Positions 49,193-62,053 of a stretch of 64,000 bases of DNA are shown here, one piece after another. The notes under the pieces are model-generated. The model did not search any database and was not told the origin of the DNA. It was given only the letters and a program-made list of their open reading frames with translations. The position numbers and the translations under genes are program-made. Within the stretch, counting starts at the first letter, position 1; every line of letters begins with the position of its first letter. Source of the stretch: Monocercomonoides exilis PA203 (Eukaryota > Protista > Preaxostyla); NCBI GenBank assembly GCA_001643675.2, contig LSRY02000007.1, forward strand, positions 1-64,000, written 5' to 3'.

Positions 49193-52100
49193 ATGACGGA
49201 TGCTCTAGCTTCCTCAGGGAAATTTATAAATGAGGAAAGCATCAAAAATACTGTACAAAAGGGATTGTGGAGATTTCAAAAACAGATTCAGGAATACTAC
49301 ACAAATCTTGCAACAAAAACAGAATTTGAAAAACTACAGCATTCACATGTATAGCTTTTTTTATTAATATTCAAAAAGAGCATCATTTTTTTTTCTTTAT
49401 TTGCTATTGCACCTGCATAACTTCAAAAAGATTGTTGATGCACAAAATGAATCACAAGCTGCAATAATTCAATTTGCTGATTTTATTATTGATTCTTTCC
49501 ATTCTGATACTATTTCTGATCCTGAAAGCTTGAATAAATCAAAGGGTACAAATACGTTCTTGACATCAACAGAAGGCCAGGAAGTTGTGAAAGATGTTAG
49601 AATTGAAGAAAAATTGTTATCAAGACAAGAGGTTTGAGAAAAGTGCGATAAATTTTAAAGACTTTTACTTGAAATACTTATCCAAAAGGAAATTATGGAG
49701 ACGCTTCATCGGGTGGAATCTCAAAATGATATTTTAAAAAATCAACTAATGCGAAGAGACAGATTGCTTGCCGAGCAGAGGGCTTTATATTTGAAAGAAA
49801 TGGCAAGGCTGAGAGAACAGGTAAATGGAAGTTTTTTATTCGATTTCTTTTTAACCATCTTGGCTTTTGCAGTTATACCAAAAAAGTCTTTTAGGAGATA
49901 GTTTCATCCCTGATTCTCAAACACTTTTTAATCCTGAAGATTGGATTGATAAAGTGTTGCAATCTGAAAACAATGGGCACCAAAAGGAGGATGAAGCAGA
50001 AATCAATCGCTTACTTTTGGAAATTGAGAAAATCAAAACGCAAAGCAACATTGAGAAACGAAAATTAGAACTTGCACTGAAAGTGTGACAATCTGAAAAG
50101 AGAGAGAGATTGAAATTGACAAATTCTTTTTTTATTTTCGTTTATTTTATAGCAACAAAAGAACGATGCAACCAGCGAAAAGGAGCTGATGGAAATGAGA
50201 TGGAAACAGAAAGAAGAAGAGCTGACAAAAGAGAACAAGATGCTGAACGATGCGATTGAAAGAGACTTGAATGAGAACATTTTGCTGAAAGAGCAGTTGA
50301 ACGAAGCCCAGAAAGACGCTGAAGGAGCAAAAGAAGAGCTGCGCAGATTGAAATCCGACGAAGCAAACATTGCAGAAATTGAAAGAGAGAAAATGCTTGA
50401 AGAAATGCAGGAAAAGCTGCGACTGGCTGAAGTGAATGCAGCTGATGCAAACGAAGAGGCAGTCAGAGAAAGGGAACAAAGAGAGGAGATGGAGAAGAAA
50501 GAGAATGAATTACAACAGATTATCCAAGAGCTGAGAAACAAACTGGAGCAGAGCGAGGAAATGACTCAAAGAAGAGAAGAAGAAATGGCAAATCTGAAAG
50601 AAGAACTCAAAAAAGCTACACATTTGAGAGAGGGAAATGGAGAGTCAGAAGGGAAAGGTCAGGCAAACAATGGGACTTCATCTGACAATTCTGAAATAGA
50701 AGAACAGAAAAAGCTGATTGAAGAGTTAAGAAAAGAAAGAGAAAGAGAAAAGCAAGAAGCAGAACGAAAAGAGGCAGAACTACTCAAAAGAATGAGGGCT
50801 ATAAAAGCTGAAGAGGAAGAGATGGAAAAAAGGAAGAAAGAATACGAAGAGCTTAAAGCAAAAGAAATCGCTGCTCGTATTTTGAGTGCGAAGCAAAAGA
50901 AGAACGAAGGATATGATTCAAAACAAGGGAAAGTGGTTGAGAGAGATTTCTCGTCAGCACAAAATGCAGACGGATTGAATGCTGAAAACAAGGAAAGTGA
51001 AGATGCCATCAAAGATAGGCAGACGATGGGGCAGTTGATTGAGTTGACGGCTGGTGTTGGAAGAGAGCAGGAGCTAAAACGCGAAAGGGCAATGAACAAT
51101 TGGACGATGCTGACTGTGAAGTTGAAAGGAAAAGAGATGAAGCGAAGAATTAGTGAGGGAATCAAATACGATGAGGATGATTTTGGAGGTGATTCCGAAA
51201 AGGATTCAGACAAATTGAATGAAGAGCAAAATGATTCGCAGGATTTCGATCAAAAGCTGCAGTTTGGATTGTCTCCTTCAGCATCTTCAGGAGGCAGATT
51301 ATCATTGGGCTTTTCTTCCTCTTCTCTGCGGATGTCTAAAAGCCCAATCAAAAAGATTCCGATGCACCGACTGCAGAAATGGATTGTGAAAGGGACGATG
51401 TCAACGCGCCAAAAGGAGCAGGAGGAGAAACTGCGGGCAGTGAAGAACATGATTGAGGCTGAGCGAATGCGGAACATCCAGCGTGTGTTGTCTGCAGCTT
51501 GCTTGCTGGTGAATCCTGAAGAAGGCAGTGGAAATAGCCGGAATGTGATTGAGAAGAGTTATGCTTTAGAAGAATCAGGAAAAGAAAGGAGACAAGAAAG
51601 CAAAAGTGGAAAAGAAAAAGAAATGAACGAAACATCGTTTAATAACACTTTTTCGACCACACGCAAAAAATCTCCATTATCCACATCAGCAAATGCAGAT
51701 GCAGATGTCATGAAGGTTATAAAAGAGATCAGAAGAAGCGAAAAAGCGAGAGAGGAGGCAAATGAGTGGTTGAATGCAACAGCTGGGAGTGCTGTCTTTT
51801 TGGAGTCAGAAAAAGATACATCCAACAACCATTTGCATTGGAGAGATGAAGATGATGGAGATGTTGAAGTCAGAAGGTTGGTGATGGTTAAAGCAGATGA
51901 CAGAGAGAATGGAGAAGAGAAGGCGAATAACCAGAAAATGGAAGGATGGACGGATAGAATGGATGAAGATGCATTCGATGCTTTTGAAAAAGAAGATGAT
52001 GAAGATAAAAATGCGATGATGCTTTCTATTAAAGGCAGCAAGAATGAAGAAGGGAAAGATGTGCAATCTTCATCTCAACAGAAAACAGAGCCGCTAATCA

Positions 52101-54211
52101 AACTTATGCGAACAACGGAGCAGCGAAGTCAAAAGAAGCGAAGAAGAAAATTAGAATTGACCGATGAAAATAAAAGAGAGCGTGTTGGCAGTCACGAAAA
52201 TAGGGCAATCTCCAGCCGCAGCATTCTGTTTAACGACGATGGAGATATTGCAAAAGAAGTGACTTATGCTTTTTCGACACAAAAACCACTAAATCAATCA
52301 GCATCATTTTTCAATTCTTCATCAGTTAGATTATCTCCACCTTCAATTCGCCACACGTCTTCACTAACTCTTTCACCCACATCCCCAATTTCTGCAACTG
52401 CAACACCAAAAAGCCCACTTTCTTCAGCTGTTAAGTCGAGCATTTTAATTCCATCACTACCTCTTCCATCTGAAGAAAACAAGGAAAATAAACAGATGCC
52501 CAACTCTAAAGATGAAGAGCTATCAAAAACTCTTCCAGCGTCTTTAAATTCTCCTTTGTCATCTTCAAATATGCTCCCTTCTCCACCTCATCTTCAGTTG
52601 ACTTCCTCTTCCTCCTCCCTTTCGTTCACATCACCTTCTTCTTTTTCTTCTTTAGTACCATCTCACAAAACCCCCACAACTGCTCTATCAACCACTCTTT
52701 TCCCTCAACTCGAGTCTTCTGAACTTTTTGTGCAGAAGCAACAAAACATCTCTCCAAAAACTGTTGCAAATGAAGAACAAAAGCAAAACAAGGAGAAATC
52801 TGCAGAAAGAGCAAAAAGCTTGCCGAAAGAAAGAAAACTTGAAACATCAAAAATTGAAAGAGAAAGCAGCAAAGATTTTGAGGAAATCACAAAAGATGAG
52901 AAAAGCAAAGGAAGACAAAAGGAAGATAAAAAGAATGAGATTCTGACTGAAACAAATGATGGAATCATTAGGGGTAGCAAAGTAGATAAAGATGTTTTTG
53001 CTGTCATCGGAGAAGATGGATTCATCGAAACAAAAGAACAGTACATCAAAAATATCGAAGCAGAAATGTTTGAACAGGAACTGAATTCTCGACGAAAAAG
53101 AGCAGAACAAAAGAAGAAGGAAAGTGCAAGCGAAGAAGCAAGAAACGCGTTGGGCCATTCGAAAAATAAAAACAAAGAATTGAACGATAAGAATCTCATT
53201 TACGGGAAGCTCAAACAAACTGTTTTCGAACCAACAAAACACAAAAGCGATTTCTCAGCAATTTCTGAAGAGAAACAACAAAAAGCAAATTCAGACAAAA
53301 ATGAGAGTGAAAGAAAAGTACTTTCGCCAATTCGCCTTGAAGAAAGAAGTAAGAGCGAGCAGAGTGGAAGTAAGTATTTATCAGCTTCTGACCATTCTGC
53401 CCAGTCATCTGCATCGATTCCTCTTCTGTTTGACACTCAAGGAGAACTTCTACTTGGAGGTGGAAGATCAAAATCATCAGACATGTTTTTCACCCCTCGG
53501 GATCCGCTTTCTTCTCCAATTCCGCATAGCCAACATTTTGGCGAGTCGGCATTTCCTTCATCGTCATCTCCTCTTCCTCTACCTCCTCCGCATGATGGGA
53601 AAGCAAAGACTCATTCAAACAGCAGGAAAGAGCAGACTCTTTCAGACAATGGAAAAGATAAAAAATTGACTCAAACAAGGAAAAAAGCAACTGACGCGAA
53701 AAAGACACAAGCCAACGAAGATTCTGTGAGATACATCGAAGAGCCTTATCCCCCAGAAATAGATGGCAGTGTCATCACTTCCTATTTCCTTCCTCAGCCC
53801 CCTCTGAAGCTGAAGCCAAAGGGCATCAAGAGTTCAGCAGAAGAAGAAGTAACTCCATCAAATTCTGGCAGAGAAACATTAGTTCACAATGTCAAAGGAA
53901 GTTCAATGCTTCTCCATTTGAATGAACACAACAACAAAAACCATTCAACGAATTATTTGACAAGTTCGCAACCTGCTTCCACATTAGCGCAACAGAAATT
54001 TACAAGTCAATTGCCTCAAACACTTCTTTCTTCTTCTTCTCATCAATCTCAATCGGTTGGATCTTTATCTCCAAATGACACCCATATGAATGAATTAAAT
54101 TCGAATGAAACAGACAAAATCACTTATCAAACGAATATGTGCGCGAATGAGGTAAAAAATATGAAAGCTGAACACGTTCTTCCTCCACTTTTCAACCATT
54201 CTGGAACTTGA
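49193..54211 (+). CDS. Large coiled-coil / low-complexity protein (5 exons)
   Basis: ORFs 49121, 49401, 49695, 49867 and 50189 join through short phase-0 GT-AG introns. Long E/K/R heptad region followed by S/P-rich disorder. Start codon tentative. Confidence 0.8.
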
Positions 54212-54501
54212 AATGTTTTGTATTTTCCGTTTTGTATGTTGTAAAGTCTTATTTTAAAGATTTTGAAATGTGGATGATTCAATTTTTTAAAATATGTATT
54301 GTTTAGAAAATATCGACGAGTTTTTATTTATTGCTTTATCAAGAAATCTCTTGTTATCAAAAGATTAAAAGGGCTTTTGATATTTTTAAATTATACGTTG
54401 TAAAAGTTGAAATTAAAATTGCTTTCAAAATTTTTGATCAGAGCATTTTTCTAATAAAAAGTCACTGAATTTTTAATTATCAGTTCAGAATGTCTTTTTT
54501 T

Positions 54502-54506
<5 letters not shown>

Positions 54507-54554
<48 letters not shown>
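54507..54554 (-). repeat. Poly(T) tract, reading TTTTCG + long A-run on the minus strand
   Basis: 48 T on the plus strand followed directly by CGAAAA. Confidence 0.85.
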
Positions 54555-55102
54555 CGAAAAGCTACCGTAGTTGTATTTTTAAGCTGAAATATAACCTCAA
54601 ATTTTTTCTTATTTTGTTTTTCTCATAGTCAAATTTCTTCACTTCACAAATTAAAAGAATCTTTTGTTATTAAAAAGGAATGCTTTATAAAACGGGGAAA
54701 TTCGAATTGTTAGTTAAACAATTTGCTTTTTTGAAATATCAAGTTTCTGGAATGAATGAACAAAAAAAAAAAATAGAAAAGAAAAGAAAAGAAAAAAGAT
54801 AAAACATTTGATCATATTGAAACAAATATTGCATAAAAAAATGAACGTCATCTGTTCGAAACTGAATTTTATTTATTTTATTTTATTTTTTGGGAACGAA
54901 TGATTTAATAAAAAGCAAAAGAATGCTTTCAATTCCAATGAACAATGAGAAAAAACGGAAATACGTTAATAAATTTTAACATTTTCAAATAAAATTTAAA
55001 TATATGCTTGAAAGGTATCTTCATCAACAATAATTTTTAATATCTTCACAAGCAGATTTTTCAATGAAAATTTGTTTTATTCACAATAAAACTAATTAAA
55101 GT

Positions 55103-57872
55103 ATGGCTTTGATCTGTGAGCTTTTTACTTTTTGGATGATATTTTCTCTTATTCTTGCTGAATTTTCTATTATATTTTGCGATTTGTGCGATTTAGACAA
55201 TAATACATTGCATACGATTGCAGAAGTTAAAACCTGCTTGAACTCTATTCCAGTTTGGAGTTGAAGATAAATTATTTTTGATTTGATGCTTTTTTGGGTT
55301 TTAGAAAGAGGAAGCATATGAGGACATCAAACGTGCGAAGATGATATTGAACAATTATATCTTTTCTGACCAGCACCTTAATCCTCCGGAACCTCATAAG
55401 AATACAAAAATTAATTTGGCACAAAGTCTTGATGATATTCCAAAAGATAATTTAGAATCAATGGATATTTATATGCAAGTAGTTAATACTTTGAAAGCCT
55501 TGAAAGATCCACATACGCTATTTTTCCCTCCTTGTTACAGGAATTTTAGATATGTTCTTCCATACAGCTTTACTGCACAAATTCCTGCGGGTGAAGGAGC
55601 TCCTCTTCGCATAATCGCAATTAAGCATTCATATGAAAATGTTACAAAAAATTTCATCGATTCGGGCAAACCAAATTTGGAAAACAAAGAAATAACGAGA
55701 ATTGGCTTGGAAGGGGAAAATTCTTTGAAGGATGCTTCTGAAGTGATTTCAAATTTCGCTGAGAATGAAGTGCCATATTCTAAATATCCTGTTGCGAGAT
55801 TAAACGAAGCGTTAAAATCTGCGTTTGCAATTAGAAATGCGGCAGTGTATGATATCCCCAAAGCAGAAAATATATGGGTTGAATATGATGATGATGGAGA
55901 GAAAAAAGTTATCGCATTTCCATGGAAGGTTGTTGTTGGGCAAAGCATGAATGGGCTTGATTCTATTTGCCCCAAAATCGCAGAAACAAATTCGGACAAT
56001 GAATCAAGGAGATCGGATAAAGCTAAAATAGAAAACGATGAAAGCAGCAAATCATTTTCATTTTCAGAGCTTCGAGAAAGAGAAATGAAAAAATTTTTGG
56101 ATTTTCTGTACGAAAGTGAAGAGATCGGAGCCAAAACTATGAGAGAAGCAAATGAAAAATTTAGAGAAATGCAAATGACAAAACTACAAACAAACAATGC
56201 TTCTGGGAACAGTATCAACAAAAGAAAGGAGAATGATTTCCTTCTTCCCACAGATGCTTTGGAAGTGTTTGTAGATGACCCGAACGTTGTTGTTGGATAT
56301 TCATCTGCACACAAAGTTGGATATGTCAGAATCATTTCATTTAATCCAGATGACGTAAAGCAGTTCGGACAAATTCTCGGAGATGGGATAAAAGATCTTG
56401 TGGAGAAATACAAAGCAGAGCGCTGTGTAATTGACGTACGAGGAAATGGAGGAGGTGCAGTGCTGCTTGGGATGCAGCTGAACCAGTTTCTTCATCCATC
56501 TACATATCCATGGTTTGGGCAGTATCGTCTTGTTCACAGCAAGCTCAATGAGGAGCTCTCGAAAGTTCCTGATGATGATGGACAGGTGCTTTACATCGAT
56601 CCACACACTCGGAAGCAGTTCAAAGGGCGCACCTGGTATACAAACACAGACACGCTGAAATTCAGAGACACCACTCATATTCCAGAATCAGAGTATAACC
56701 GAGATTATACACCGAAGTACGAGATGGACATGTCAGATCCACCTGTCTTTCTGGAAACCATCAAAAACTGGCCCAACTATCCTGGCCATAAGAAGATGCC
56801 TATTTTTACTCCAAGCAACCTTCTGATCGTTACAGATGGACTTTGTGGATCGACCTGTGCATGCTTTGTCAAGAGACAGCAAGAGGCACATGCAGCGAAG
56901 TTTGTGGGACTTGGCTCAAATCCTCATGTTGCACAAAAAGATTACGATGTTAGTGCATTCCCCGGAGGTGCAGTGTTTTCACTGGATGGGATAGAGTCAA
57001 CTGTGAAGCAAGCAAAAAATCATCCAGAATGGGGCGTAAATATTGATATGAAGGACTACAACTTCCAAAGGAAGACTACAGACATATCTTGGACTATGCA
57101 TGGAATATACACGTGGGAAGAGGAAAAGAAGAAAACAGAAGAAGCAAACGATGGAGAGGATATTCAGACAGGAAAAGATCTGCTCGAGTTCAAATTAAAC
57201 AAGGTCGATACAACACTGAATATGTTTCCACAACCGCTTTATGATAGGACAAACGAAGGAGTGACAGAGCTGATTGAGAAAGTTGTTCCGATATTTAACC
57301 AGTGCTTTGACTGGGAGGTGCAGGTAGACACTGAAAAATGTACAGGGCCTAAACAGTTGGAACGTCGTGCTGAATTCTCGAAAAAACAAAATACAGGGAA
57401 TCATTTGTCATCCTCAAGACGCACTGCATTTGAGACCGTAAACGGCTCGGAACCTGCTCGTGTTTCAGCAGAGCACAAACTATATGGCCATCCATGTGTT
57501 GGAGGGAAGTTTGTGCAGGAGAAGTGTGTATTTGCTGGGTGCGAAGCTGGATTCTATTTGGACGGGCCTTTTGGCGATGGAGAAGAGAGCGAGTGTCTTC
57601 GCGTGCCTGACTTTGTCCCGAAGAAAGACAACCCTGATGAAGAGAAGCTGAAGAAAGAGAAAGTTCTGTATATGTCGCTGATTGGAGGAATGTTTGGAGT
57701 GTTTGTCATAATTCTGGCTGTTGTAAGTGTGGTTGTGGTGATCAAGAAAAAGAGTGGGAAAAAGATGGTTGTGGTTGAAGAGCAGAGCCCACTGTATTTC
57801 GAGGACGACTACAACACAAAAAAGAGTGGAAGCGGAGCAGGATATCAAGCTGAGCAGGCAATGTCAAAATAA
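55103..57872 (+). CDS. Peptidase family S41 (eukaryotic/fungal-like), type I membrane-anchored
   Basis: Signal-peptide exon 55103-55252 and a short intron, then LKDPHT, VGYVRIISF, IDVRGNGGG and IVTDGLCGSTC (catalytic Ser), a Cys-rich stalk, C-terminal TM and KKK tail. Confidence 0.9.
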
Positions 57873-58515
57873 GCATAACATCTGAAAAGTCATTACACTG
57901 ATTTTCTTCTCCTTTTGAATATTTATTTATTTTGGATGTAAGTAATGTTGGTTAAGTGCGAATTTGTATCAACTTAATGAATATTTGCGTTATAAATTGG
58001 AAAACAAATTTTAAAAAAAATAAATTGTTTTTGTTGAAGTCTTCTGTGATAATTGTATGTAGTTCTGATGTTTAAATAATTCTAAAGTACATTCTGACCT
58101 TGAACTTTACAAGTGATACACGTTGTTTTCTTTGATATTTATAAAGAGTCCATTCGCTTATCAAATTAACACTTCAACTTCTGCATCATCTTAATTTTTC
58201 TATTTATACTTAAACTATTTCTAAATAAGTAAATTATCTTTTCAGATAACAATACTTCATATTTTACTTCATTCAAAAAAATGAATCTTCAAAATCATCA
58301 ATCAACACATGCAAATTAGAGACGTCTTTATTAAAAGAAGAGAATAAGAGTTAATATGAACAATTTTTATTGCATTATTTTGTAAAGTGCTAAAAACGAA
58401 AAGAAATGTATTTCTCTGAAGAATGCAAACTCAGATAAACACATTTTTAATATAAAATAGAAGATTATTTGATAAGAAATGCAGATAGAAATTTATTAAT
58501 AAATATGAAATGAAG

Positions 58516-59797
58516 TTATTTCTTTCCCGTTCCTGTGTACCGAGTAAGCAATTCGACGCCAGGAAGATCTTTCAAAATGTCAACCACAACTAATTTATCA
58601 AATTATTTAATAACAGCAAAAAGTACATAAAACATGAAATATATATATATGAAAGATTACATTCATTTGCAAATTTCAAACAAAATACAAAATCAAAATA
58701 TAAACTGCTTCAAAAATTTTCCACTTTTCAATAATTTTTGCATTAATTTGAATTTTTCTTTGACATTTTTTTTCTTTCTTTCAAACCTGGTTCAGTCAAT
58801 CCAAAACATCTTGTTCCCTGAATTGCGAAAGTTTGCCTCCTAACTGGATTCGTTTTTTGCAATTCTTGAAGTATTTTAGAGAAGCATGCAGAAGAAGATG
58901 TCTCAGTGAATGTGATTGATTCATCGCATACTTCAAATTTGAAATTGAGAATTAAAAAAATACATATACGAGATAAAAGATTCATTTTTAACTTATCAAC
59001 ATATAAATAATCATACAGCACGTGACACGGAACAAAGGATTTTCGCCTCCATCAAGAATTTCACATAAGTATAAATGTTTCATTGTTGGATGCTTTAAGC
59101 ATGTAAATTTATGTTTATATTTATAGCCAACAGGGAATATATGCCTAATGAAGTTTATGAATTTGTTAACATAGTCAAAAAAATGGATCATAACGAATAT
59201 CAAACCTTTGAGTGTGATATGCTGGACGATCTGTAACAACAACACCTGTATTTATGAGTTCGTCGTCTCCAATATGAATAATCATGTCACCTATTTTAAC
59301 AATCAATAGTGATCACAAAAAACGTTTTGAAATCATGCAAACTTGGAGCTGTCAAAGGAATTGGGCGAGGCTCAATTTTTTTTGCACGAGATCTCTTTTT
59401 TAAAGCTTGTGCCTTCAAAGATTCTTCATGGTCATTAGACGTGACAGATGTAATGTCATGCAAATGGCTGAAGAGGTGTGAGAATTGATTTAAAAAATGA
59501 AAAATTATAAAAGTTATCAAAATACATAAAATAAAAAAATAAAAAAGAAATAATGTACACACTCCTCAAACTCTTGAGGAAGCTTTCCGAAATCCGTTCC
59601 CCAACGTGGCATTTCCTTTTAACAACAGCAAAAATTTAACAATATTACAAAAATTCAATAAGCAAAAAATTAGAAAATAAAAATCATACAGCCATGGGAT
59701 GCCTTATAAATTCTACAGCCTCATCATATTTTTCCCAATGCATCCCCTGATCTTCTGGAGTTGCCATGTGAGCTGCCTCTTTTGTTGGTTGAGCCAT
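58516..59797 (-). CDS. FYRN-FYRC domain protein (TBRG1-like), about 7 exons
   Basis: Spliced translation contains GVVVTDRPAYHTQR/HIFPVGYKY..LYLCEILDGGENPLFRVTC (FYRN) and SSSACFSKIL..GTRCFGLTEP/VVVDILKDLPGVE (FYRC). Not visible as one ORF in the track. Confidence 0.85.
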
Positions 59798-60020
59798 TGA
59801 TCTAACCCTTGATAATTAAAATCAACGATGCATCTATTTTGTGAATAATTTAATATAGCTTTTTTCGAAATTAAACTTGAACATTAAATAAAACTTATAT
59901 GAAAAAATGCATGAGCTGCGATAAAAGTGAAATGAATTTTTGAAAAAGAGAAAAAAATATCGAAATAAAAATAGTTATGTTTCAATCTTTTTTACAACTC
60001 TCAAATGTAACGCATGTATT

Positions 60021-61960
60021 TCATGAAAGAAGACCAACTTTTTCTATATCTTTTTCGCTTTCTTCTTCTTCCTCTGAATCGTCAATCATTCTTGTTGAAG
60101 TGTCTTTCTCGTCTTCGTTTTCACTTGAGCTCAACCTCCTCCTTCTCACAGATGAAGAACTTCTATTTTTTAATCCTCTTTTGTATCTTCTCTCTCCTAT
60201 TTCTCTCAACATCTGGGTTCTTGCTTCTTTTTCTTGCAAATCGCGCTTTTTCTCTCCTTCGTTAATTCTTCCACAGACATACGAAAGCAAATAAAGCACA
60301 GCAGTGAAGCTTACAAGCAGAAAAATGAAAATAAGAGAGAATGAAACACTCACTTGCCTTCCATGATATGTTGGAGGAGTTGCTTTATGATGGGGAAAAA
60401 ATAATAATTGAATGTTATTCAGAAGCATACAAAAGCATACAGAAATAGAAACAAACAAAAGTAAATGTGAAACAATATGTTTTATCAAAAACAAATTGTT
60501 CAGAAAAAATGAGAGGAAAAAAGATTCAAACTTGAAAAATACACAGTTTGTGATTCGATGTTGCCCAAGTTCTTTCCTTTGAGATAATAACACGTTCCAT
60601 TCATTCCCCATTCAGTTCCCCAGCTTTTTAAAATAGATGGATGGGCAAAATAATCAATGAATAAAAATAAAAGTCTGCGAAAAAAATGAAATGAGTGAAG
60701 TATCACCTGTTAATCATGATCCAATAAGGGACTTCAGCAGTATCGTTCCATCCGACAAGACGGACAGCGTGATTTCCCAGAAAGTCTCCGTCTGTTCTGT
60801 TGTAAACACCGCCCTTGTAAAGAGTGAATGACTGGAACACATTCATTGCAACTGAACATTCATTGTGAAACAAGGATTTCATTAAGCATTTTCCACACAA
60901 AATGAAAAGGGTAAAAAATTTTATATGAAATTTCTGAAAATGCATGAATTATTCATACCAGCAATTGATCCACCTATCATAATTCCTTTTTTCATTTCAT
61001 TCTCAGACACTTTCATTATGCTTGGAATTTTCGCATATAGACCTCTATTTGAACATAATTTTTTATCATTCAAGTATTAAAAATTATCTTCAGTATTGTA
61101 TAAATTAAACTCGCAAAGAACAAACTTATAAACTTCCATTTTAACACCTTCTTTTGAGCAACTAGTGAAGCAAGGCTTTGACGAATTTTCTTCGTATGGA
61201 ATGCATTCATCAGAAACAATTCCATTATTCTCAATATCTAAAATTCAGATTTGCATTCAGTTGAGCAAAAAAGTGAAGGAAGCTTTGATAAATCTCAAAG
61301 ACAAACACAGTGAAGCTGCTGTAAGAACTCCTCCATTACATCCGTCTGAGCAAATTAATTATTTAATAGAAATGAAAGAAAAGATTAAAAAAACATACAA
61401 TCACATTGTTTCAACGGAATTTCGAGACACTTATTATCGCAACAAATCTTTTAAAAAATGTCGGACATTCAGTCATATTAAAGAGAGAATTGGCTTTACA
61501 TTACCTGACGCTGAGGAGATGGAATAACGTTTGCAATGCCGTTGATGCACAAAGCATCAGCAGCAGAGCCGGTAGTAGCAAATGCCCAACAACTTCCACA
61601 TTTCTTTTGATCTAAAACAGATGTTAAAGACTTGCAATTCGGATACACCTTTTGAAAACGAAAGAAATCAAAAAAGCTAAATTGAAGTTGTTCAAACTGC
61701 TCTTGAATCGTATGCTGTTGGAATCGCTTCGTTAATAAAAGACGCTTCAGATCCAGATCTTTCAAAAATCTTTTTAAAAGGAGTTTTCTGTACATAGCGA
61801 TAAATCACATCCAATGTATCTTGATCTATTTCAAAGAATATAAGCGAAATTTTTCAAATATTTGTTTCAAAGAAATTTGTTGAATATTGTCTAAGCAACG
61901 CCGCACACTCAATAAAGTTGAAAATCCACTAGTTACACAAAAAATCAAGAAAAAGATCAT
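60021..61960 (-). CDS. Cathepsin B-like C1A cysteine protease with C-terminal TM and cytosolic tail (many short exons)
   Basis: Signal peptide; DQKKCGSCWAF; GCNGG; FTLYKGGVY; GNHAVRLVGW; YWIMIN/SWGTEWGMNG; then a hydrophobic stretch and a charged tail. Confidence 0.9.
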
Positions 61961-62053
61961 TAAATGATCGCAATAGTTCTTATTTTTTTTTCAATATCAA
62001 AATGAAGTCAAAAAATATAACTTATAATAATCATCAAAAAATGAATGAAATTT

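Noticed and set aside
59801-59810. Single CTAACCCT word upstream of the FYR gene
   Set aside because: One short match is expected by chance.
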